A DNA stretch of 64,000 nt, taken from assembly GCA_044375105.1 (NCBI GenBank), contig JBILNK010000001.1, forward strand, positions 2,651 to 66,650, given 5' to 3'. Positions within the stretch are counted from its first letter, which is position 1, and each line of letters begins with the position of its first letter. The translations under genes and the position numbers were made by a program. This DNA comes from Planctomycetota bacterium (GTDB lineage: Bacteria; Planctomycetota; UBA1135; GCA-002686595). Positions 58,524 to 64,000 of the stretch are shown here, in pieces. The notes under the pieces were generated by a model that saw only the letters and a program-made list of their open reading frames with translations, made no database searches and was not told where the DNA came from.

Positions 58524-59630
58524 TCAGCGCGCCTGCAGCGCGCGCAGCAGCTCGCGGCTCTGGGCGTCTTCCTGGTCGTGCTCCAGGGCGATCTGCAGAT
58601 AGCGATCGGCCAGCTCCAGCTCGCCTTGCTCCAGGTTCAAGCGCCCCAGGTCCGCCGCGATCGCTGGCCAGCTCGGGGCGCAGGCCTCGGCTTCGTAGAG
58701 CGCCACCAGGGCCTCGTCGACCAGGCCGCGCTCCTCGAACAGCCGCGCCTGCAGCCAGTGGGCGCGGGCCACGTCCGGATCCAGGGGCCGGTTGGCCACG
58801 GCGCGCGCCAGCACCTCTTCGGCCTCGCTGCCGCGTTCGGCGCGCAGCAGCGCCTCCGCCAGGATGCCCAGGGAGCGCGCATCCTCGGGATCGAGTTCGA
58901 CGGCCTTCTGGGCCAGCTCCAGGGATGCGCCTTGCTCTTGGTCGAGCTGCACGGCGGCCAGCTCGCGCCAGGCCTCGGCGCTGCCCGGGTCCAGCTCGGT
59001 GGCGCGGCGATAGCAGGCCGCGGCACGCTCGAACTCGCCTTCGCCGGCGAACAGCGCGCCGAGCTCGAACAGCGCCTCGACGTTGTCCGGATCGGCGTTG
59101 AGAGCGCGCTCGAGGGTGCGCTGCGCTTCGCCGGCGTCCTCGGCCAGATAGCGCGCGAACAGGAACAGCAGCTCGGGGTTCTCCGGATCGAGGGACAGGC
59201 CGGCGCGCAGGGGCTGCTCGGCTTCTTCGACGCGGTCCTGGGCGATCAGCAGCGCCGCCAGCTGGCCGTAGAGCAGCTCGCTCGGATCGAGCTCGAGGGC
59301 GCGCCGCAGCAGGCGCTCGGCCTCCACATGCCGGCCGAGCTCGCTGCAGGCGTAGGCCATGCCGGAGTGCGCCAGGGCGTCGTTGGGCTCGAGCCGCAGG
59401 GCCTGGCGGAAGGCGCGCCGCGCCTCGCGGCTCGCTCCGCGGTCGAGCTGCAGCTCGCCCAGGTGCATCCACAGCTTCTGGTTCGCGGGCTCGCGCGCCA
59501 GGGCCTCTTCGAAGGTCTCGACCGCATCGGACAGGGCCCGTTCGCGGGCCGCCTCGGACTTCCACTCCGTGCCCATGGCCAGTTCGAACGCTTCACGGCA
59601 GTCCGCGGGCAGGTCGGTCGGGTGTTTCAT
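58524..59630 (-). CDS. TPR-repeat protein
   Basis: In-frame ATG 59628-59630 within ORF 58524..60224 (MKHPTDLPADCREAFELAMG). About eight 34-aa TPR units (e.g. ALAHSGMAYACSELGRHVEAERLLRRALELDPSE). Confidence 0.8.
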   Translation of the reverse strand: MKHPTDLPADCREAFELAMGTEWKSEAARERALSDAVETFEEALAREPANQKLWMHLGELQLDRGASREARRAFRQALRLEPNDALAHSGMAYACSELGRHVEAERLLRRALELDPSELLYGQLAALLIAQDRVEEAEQPLRAGLSLDPENPELLFLFARYLAEDAGEAQRTLERALNADPDNVEALFELGALFAGEGEFERAAACYRRATELDPGSAEAWRELAAVQLDQEQGASLELAQKAVELDPEDARSLGILAEALLRAERGSEAEEVLARAVANRPLDPDVARAHWLQARLFEERGLVDEALVALYEAEACAPSWPAIAADLGRLNLEQGELELADRYLQIALEHDQEDAQSRELLRALQAR

Positions 59631-60187
59631 CGGGGCGGTGAGGTGACGGCGATGTCGGTCGGCCAGATGTCTTCCGCTGCCTGCGGGTGGGGCACGTAGG
59701 CGCCCCGGTTGTCGGGCAGCGGATGACCGGAGCGATGGAGCGCGGTGTAGAGCGCCAGGCAGGCCACGTTGGCCAGGTTCAGGCTGCGCACGCCCGGGCG
59801 GATCGGGATGTAGACCTTGGCCGCGGGATGGGCCTCGAGCAGCTCCCCGGGCAGGCCCTCCGTCTCGCTGCCCAGGACCAGCACGTCGTCGGGCTGAAAG
59901 GGCACGTCGAACAGCACCTGCCCCCCGCGGGCCGTGAACAGCCGCAGGCGCTCCGCCAGCGGTCTCTGCGACCCTCGAGCGAGCACCTCCGCCGCCCGGG
60001 CCCAGTCCCGATGGACGCACAGGTCCACCAGCGGCCAGTAATCCAGCCCCGCCCGCTTCAGGTAGCGGTCCTCCAGGCTGAAGCCCAGCGGCTCGACGAA
60101 GTGCAGCCGCACCCCCGTCGCCGCCGACAGCCGCCCCGCGCAGCCCGCGTTGTGCGGGATCTGCGGGTGGACCAGCACGAGCTCCAT
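59627..60187 (-). CDS. trmL: tRNA (cytidine/uridine-2'-O-)-methyltransferase TrmL (SpoU family)
   Basis: Last 186 codons of ORF 59627..61834 (MELVLVHPQIPHNAGCAGRLSAATGVRLHFVEPLGFSLEDRYLKRAGLDYW...LGSETEGLP...IPIRPGVRSLNLANV). Aligns by eye with E. coli TrmL. Confidence 0.85.
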   Translation of the reverse strand: MELVLVHPQIPHNAGCAGRLSAATGVRLHFVEPLGFSLEDRYLKRAGLDYWPLVDLCVHRDWARAAEVLARGSQRPLAERLRLFTARGGQVLFDVPFQPDDVLVLGSETEGLPGELLEAHPAAKVYIPIRPGVRSLNLANVACLALYTALHRSGHPLPDNRGAYVPHPQAAEDIWPTDIAVTSPPR

Positions 60188-60357
60188 GGATCCGGATTGT
60201 AGGCCATGCCCCCCGCCACTCCATGCAACCCCCTGCGGGCCCCTCCCGGCGGCTTCCCAGGCAGCACCGCCGTTCGGGCGGGCTCCCGGGGCCACCGATG
60301 GGCCCTGGGGGCGTGCGGGGGTCGATCGGGGGCGCCCCGGGGGCGGCGGGAGCGCTC

Positions 60358-60372
60358 GTTCTGGTTTTGTTA
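60358..60372 (+). promoter_or_regulatory. GTTC-N7-GTTA direct repeat just upstream of dinB (candidate LexA-type operator)
   Basis: GTTC at 60358-60361 and GTTA at 60369-60372, inside an unusually AT-rich patch CGTTCTGGTTTTGTTAGGGT that ends 1 nt before the dinB ATG (60377). Confidence 0.2.
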
Positions 60373-60376
60373 GGGT

Positions 60377-61801
60377 ATGGCCATGGATTCTCCGGCCGAC
60401 CTGGGCTGGGGCCCGGGGGGGCCTCGGCGGATCTTGCACCTCGATGTGGACGCGTTCCTGGCCTCGGTCGAGCAGGCCCTGCATCCAGGGCTGCGCGGGC
60501 GGCCGGTGGTGGTCGGGGGCTCGCCGCGCTCCCGCAACCTGGTCATGTCGGCCTCCTACGAGGCGCGCGCCTTCGGCATCCGCCCGGGGCTTTCGCTGCG
60601 CGAGGCCCAAAAGCGCTGCCCGCGGGCGGTGTTCCGCGACGGCGACAGCCAGGCCGCCAACCGCCTGCGCGGCGAGCTGGCGCGCCTGGCGCTCGAGTAC
60701 ACGCCGCTGGTCGAGATCACCTCGATCGACGACCTGCTGCTGGACGTAACCGGCGCCGAGCGGCCCTTCGGGCGCGCCTTCGACCTGGCCGTGGATCTCC
60801 AGCGCCGCGCCTCTGAGCGCCTGCACCTGCCGCTGACGATCGGCATCGGCCGGAGCGTCCTGTTCGCGCGCCTGGCGGGCAAACTCGGCAAACCGGGCGG
60901 CGTGGCCGAGCTCTGGCCCGGCCGCGAGCAGGGCTTCCTCGACGCCCTGCCGCTGGCGCACCTGCCCGGCATCGGCCATTCGATCGGCGCGCAGCTCGAG
61001 CGCTTCGGCCTGCGGCGGGTCGGCGAGCTGCGCCGGCTGGTGCCGCGCGAGCTGCTGTTCCAGAGCTTTGGCCGCGATGGACTGACCATCCACGCGCGCG
61101 CCCACGGGCTCGATCAGCGCGCCGTGGAGGCCAGCGTCGAGCTGGATGAGCAGGGCCGGCTGGTGCACCGGCCGCCGGCCTCGATCCGCCGCGACAGCAC
61201 CTTCGAACCCGAAGAAGGCCGCCCGGAGCGGATCGAAGCGATGCTGTGGTGGCTGGTGGAGCGCGCCGCGCACCGGCTGCGCTCCCACGGCCAGGTGTGC
61301 CGCGGCGTGGCCGTGCGCGTGCGCTACGTGGCCACGGGCATCGGCGCGGGCGAAGAAGGCGGCGCGGGCCAAGAAGGCGGCGCGGAGCCCGGATCCAGCG
61401 CGGCGGAGGCGCCCGGACAGGGCGCCAGCCTGGAGCAGAGCCGCTCCCTGGAGGCGCCCAGCGACGGCACGCTCGAGATCGGCAACCTGGCGCTTTCGAT
61501 CTATCGCGCCTTGCCCCGCCGCCGCGCCCTGGTCAAGACCATCGGGATCAGCCTCAGCCGCTTCAGCCCGCGCGCCGGCTGGCAGCGCCAGATGTTCGAC
61601 GAGCGACCCGACGGCAGCCTGACGGCCGCCCCGGGCACCAGCCGACGGGACCGCCAGCGCGAGCTCGATCGCCTGCTCGACGCCCTGCGCGAACGCCACG
61701 GCTTCGGCCGCGTGCTGCTGGGCGCCAGCCTGCCGCTCAAAGAAACCCACCCCCTCGGCCCGGACGGCTTCAAGCTGCGCACCCCGAGCCTGAACCAGTG
61801 A
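60377..61801 (+). CDS. dinB: DNA polymerase IV (Y-family)
   Basis: Blocks ILHLDVDAFLASVEQ, VMSASYEARAFGIRPG, ITSIDDLLLDVTG, IGIGRSVLFARLAGKLGKPGG, LPGIGHSIG. A Gly/Glu/Ala-rich insertion lies near residue 320. Confidence 0.9.
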   Translation: MAMDSPADLGWGPGGPRRILHLDVDAFLASVEQALHPGLRGRPVVVGGSPRSRNLVMSASYEARAFGIRPGLSLREAQKRCPRAVFRDGDSQAANRLRGELARLALEYTPLVEITSIDDLLLDVTGAERPFGRAFDLAVDLQRRASERLHLPLTIGIGRSVLFARLAGKLGKPGGVAELWPGREQGFLDALPLAHLPGIGHSIGAQLERFGLRRVGELRRLVPRELLFQSFGRDGLTIHARAHGLDQRAVEASVELDEQGRLVHRPPASIRRDSTFEPEEGRPERIEAMLWWLVERAAHRLRSHGQVCRGVAVRVRYVATGIGAGEEGGAGQEGGAEPGSSAAEAPGQGASLEQSRSLEAPSDGTLEIGNLALSIYRALPRRRALVKTIGISLSRFSPRAGWQRQMFDERPDGSLTAAPGTSRRDRQRELDRLLDALRERHGFGRVLLGASLPLKETHPLGPDGFKLRTPSLNQ

Positions 61802-61909
61802 CCTCCGCGGCGAGCGCGGCCGCACGCCGCGCAAGCGCGGTTCGCGACGCGCCGCGGCTGGAGAAGGGCCTGGATCAGGCTGCGGCTCGGGCGGCTGCGG
61901 CGCTGGGCG

Positions 61910-64000
61910 CTAGCGCGGGGCGCGGAGGGGTTCGATCGCTTCGAGCGCCGCGGGTCGGGCAGGCGCCAGGGGCTCGCCGAGCAGCAGGTTCATGAATTCG
62001 GTGGGCACGCCGCCGGGCACCAGCGCCAGGCCGGCCAGGGTCAGGCGTCCGTCGGCGCTGAGACAGGCGGCGCTGGGGGGCGGATCGGGCAGGCGCTGGC
62101 CGTTGAGGGTCACGACGAGGCGCGCGGCGGCGGCGGAGTGGGCGGGGTCGGCTAAGTCCGCAGAATTCGCGGAGTCAGCGGCTTCAGCGCCGTCGGCGGA
62201 GTCGCTGGAGTTGGCGGGCTCGGCGGAGTCGCCGCGCGGAGCGGGGTCGGCGGGGCGGGGCGGGCGCTCGAGGCGCAGCACCAGGCGGTTCCAGGAGCCC
62301 ACGGGCGCGAGCGCGGCGGCGGCCTCCGGCCAGGCCACGCCGGCGAGGCGCAGCGGCAGGTCTAGGGAGGGCTCGAGGCGCCGGAAATCGAGCGAGAGCT
62401 CGAGGCACTCGCTGGGCGCCGCCGAGCGCGCAGCCCGGCGCGGGTTGCGGGCCGCGCGCCCGCGCGCCGGCGCCCCTCCACGCTCGGCGCCGGCCCCGGC
62501 GCGCTGCACCCAATCGACGATCGGGCCCTCGAATTCGAGCTCGCCCGGGCCCGCCGCCGAGAGCAGCGCATCGCGCGCTTCGAAGCTGCCCTGGGCGCCG
62601 AGCGTGCGCCAGCGCCCGAGGCCCAGGCCATCGTAGAGCGCGATCAGGCGCCGGTACGGGAACTCGCGCTCGGGCGCCGCGGCGCTGGCCTCCACGGGCG
62701 CCCCGGCTGCGGCCGCGCCCGCCGGCTCGAGCTCGAGCAGGCGCAAGCGCCGGAACTCGATCGGGCTGCCCTCGGATTCGAGCGCCAAGAAGCCGTCGCA
62801 CGGCTCGGCGCCGCGGGCGCGGGTGACCAACGCGCCGTTGACCCACAGCTCCACCGCGCCGCCGCGCGCCACCACGCGATAGTGGTTCCAGGCGGGCGCG
62901 GGCTGGGTGCGCGCCTCGGTCGGGAAGGCGCGCATGCCGCCGCGGCCGTTTTCGGGCTCGAGGCGCGCGTCGTGCACCGGAAAGACATCGCCCTGGGTCG
63001 TGTACCAGCTGCCCGGCTCGCCATCCATGATCTGGACCTCGATGCCCCGGGTGAAGGGCGAGCCGGGCGCGGGCAGGGCCTCGCTCCACAGGAACAAACC
63101 GGAATTGCCGCCCGGCTGCAGGTGGCGCCAATCGAATTCGAGCACGAAATCAAGGTAGCGGCGGCGCGAGAGCAGCAGGCTCGTCGGGCGCCCGCTGCAC
63201 AGGATGCGATCGCCTTCGAAGCGCCAGGTGGGCTGGGCGCCCAGTGCGGAGCCGCCGACCGCCTGCCAATCGGCGCGCGCCAGCGGGACGAAGCGCTGCT
63301 CTGCGGCGGGGCCGAATTCGTCAGCGTCGAGCGGCGCGGGCTCGATCGGCCAATCGTCGCTGCGGAAGGGCGACACGGGCCAGCCGGAATCGGCCAGCAG
63401 GTTGCCGGTGCCGATGGCCTCGAAGGCATAGCGCACGGCGATCGGCGCGGGCACTTGCGCAGAGGAGAGGCGCAGGTCGGCGCCGTCGAAGCGCGCGCTG
63501 GCCGGGTGGAAGCGGCGGTCGGCGCCGGCCAGGGCCAAGCCCTCGGGCAAGCCGCCTTTGGCCCGCAGCAGCCCGAAGGGCTCGCCGAATCGCACCAGCG
63601 CTTCGGACCCGTGGAATTCGAAGGCCACCGGCCGGGGCGCGGCTGCGGCCAGGGGCTCGCCGGAGGTGAGCGCGCTGCGCCCGTAGGCCTGGGACAGGGC
63701 CAAGCGCGCCAGGCGCTCGCCGACCGTGCGCTTGTCCTTGGGATGGATGTCCGCCGGGTCCCCCAGGTCGATGGTGGGCGCCAGGCCGAGGCCCGGGCCC
63801 GTGAGGGCCTGGCGCTGGGCCTCGCGCAGCCGCGCGGGCTCGCCGAATTCCGGGCTGTAGCCGAAAGGCGCGATCTCGACCGCAAAGAAGGGCAGCTCCG
63901 GGCGCCGGAACAGGCCGCGCCAATCGTCGATCAGGGCCCCCATCAGGGCCGCGTAGCGCCCATAGCCGGCGCAATTCGACTCGCCTTGGTACCAGATCGC
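61910..64000 (-). CDS. sialate O-acetylesterase-like (SASA) domain fused to DUF1080 domain(s); N-terminus beyond the right edge
   Basis: ORF 61910..63943 continues in frame to nt 64000; my translation upstream of the listed Met is AIWYQGESNCAGYGRYAALM, a SASA-type block. The middle is DUF1080-like (WRFEGDRILCSG, LEFDWRH...GGNSGLFLW, GIEVQIMD, NHYRVVARGGAVELWVNG, GFLALESEGSPIEFRRLRL). A second, interrupted DUF1080-like region is at the C-terminus. Confidence 0.8.
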   Translation of the reverse strand, partial: AIWYQGESNCAGYGRYAALMGALIDDWRGLFRRPELPFFAVEIAPFGYSPEFGEPARLREAQRQALTGPGLGLAPTIDLGDPADIHPKDKRTVGERLARLALSQAYGRSALTSGEPLAAAAPRPVAFEFHGSEALVRFGEPFGLLRAKGGLPEGLALAGADRRFHPASARFDGADLRLSSAQVPAPIAVRYAFEAIGTGNLLADSGWPVSPFRSDDWPIEPAPLDADEFGPAAEQRFVPLARADWQAVGGSALGAQPTWRFEGDRILCSGRPTSLLLSRRRYLDFVLEFDWRHLQPGGNSGLFLWSEALPAPGSPFTRGIEVQIMDGEPGSWYTTQGDVFPVHDARLEPENGRGGMRAFPTEARTQPAPAWNHYRVVARGGAVELWVNGALVTRARGAEPCDGFLALESEGSPIEFRRLRLLELEPAGAAAAGAPVEASAAAPEREFPYRRLIALYDGLGLGRWRTLGAQGSFEARDALLSAAGPGELEFEGPIVDWVQRAGAGAERGGAPARGRAARNPRRAARSAAPSECLELSLDFRRLEPSLDLPLRLAGVAWPEAAAALAPVGSWNRLVLRLERPPRPADPAPRGDSAEPANSSDSADGAEAADSANSADLADPAHSAAAARLVVTLNGQRLPDPPPSAACLSADGRLTLAGLALVPGGVPTEFMNLLLGEPLAPARPAALEAIEPLRAPR

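Noticed and set aside
59627-61834. 735-aa minus-strand ORF
   Set aside because: Only the last 186 codons (trmL, from ATG 60187) look real. The upstream part is antisense to dinB.
62130-62240. Apparent tandem repeat or VNTR (GCGGAGTC-containing units)
   Set aside because: It is in frame inside the SASA-DUF1080 gene and encodes a Ser/Ala/Asp low-complexity linker. The units are imperfect, so it is not a stand-alone repeat element or CRISPR-like array.

Overview
This is a very GC-rich bacterial chromosomal segment (exact GC not computed) with about 47 protein-coding genes on both strands. By eye I found no rRNA, tRNA, CRISPR array, transposase/integrase, or recognisable phage or defence gene. 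The content mixes two classes. Housekeeping genes are pgi, fhs, a cysteine desulfurase, a three-gene biotin-dependent acyl-CoA carboxylase, truD, acpS, mntP, cyaY, nth, trmL, a RumA/RlmD-like methyltransferase and dinB. The second class is many large secreted repeat proteins: a 7x CarboxypepD_reg protein, Kelch, FG-GAP, two double lactonase-type beta-propellers, a PA14-propeller-ThuA fusion and a SASA esterase-DUF1080 fusion. By inference this mix resembles PVC/Planctomycetota-like or Myxococcota-like genomes. Most very long ORFs in the supplied track are antisense or out-of-frame shadows of real genes (Arg/Pro/Gly/Ala-rich, no motifs). Real genes usually start well inside the listed ORF, so I trimmed starts by counting residues and checking the start codon in the sequence. 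One probable CDS at the left edge (1..497, minus) is missing from the track. I do not see a clear-cut, self-contained novel system. The best candidates for something undescribed are: (i) the 40.1-47.2 kb envelope cluster (lipoprotein alkaline-phosphatase-superfamily enzyme lacking the sulfatase CxPxR motif, two GT-C-like membrane proteins, a GT4); (ii) the odd low-GC island inside that cluster; (iii) a recurrent ~115-aa module shared by three otherwise unrelated secreted repeat proteins; (iv) an orphan BY-kinase-type ATPase paired with a secreted HEAT-like protein. All functional calls rest on motif recognition by eye, not on database searches.
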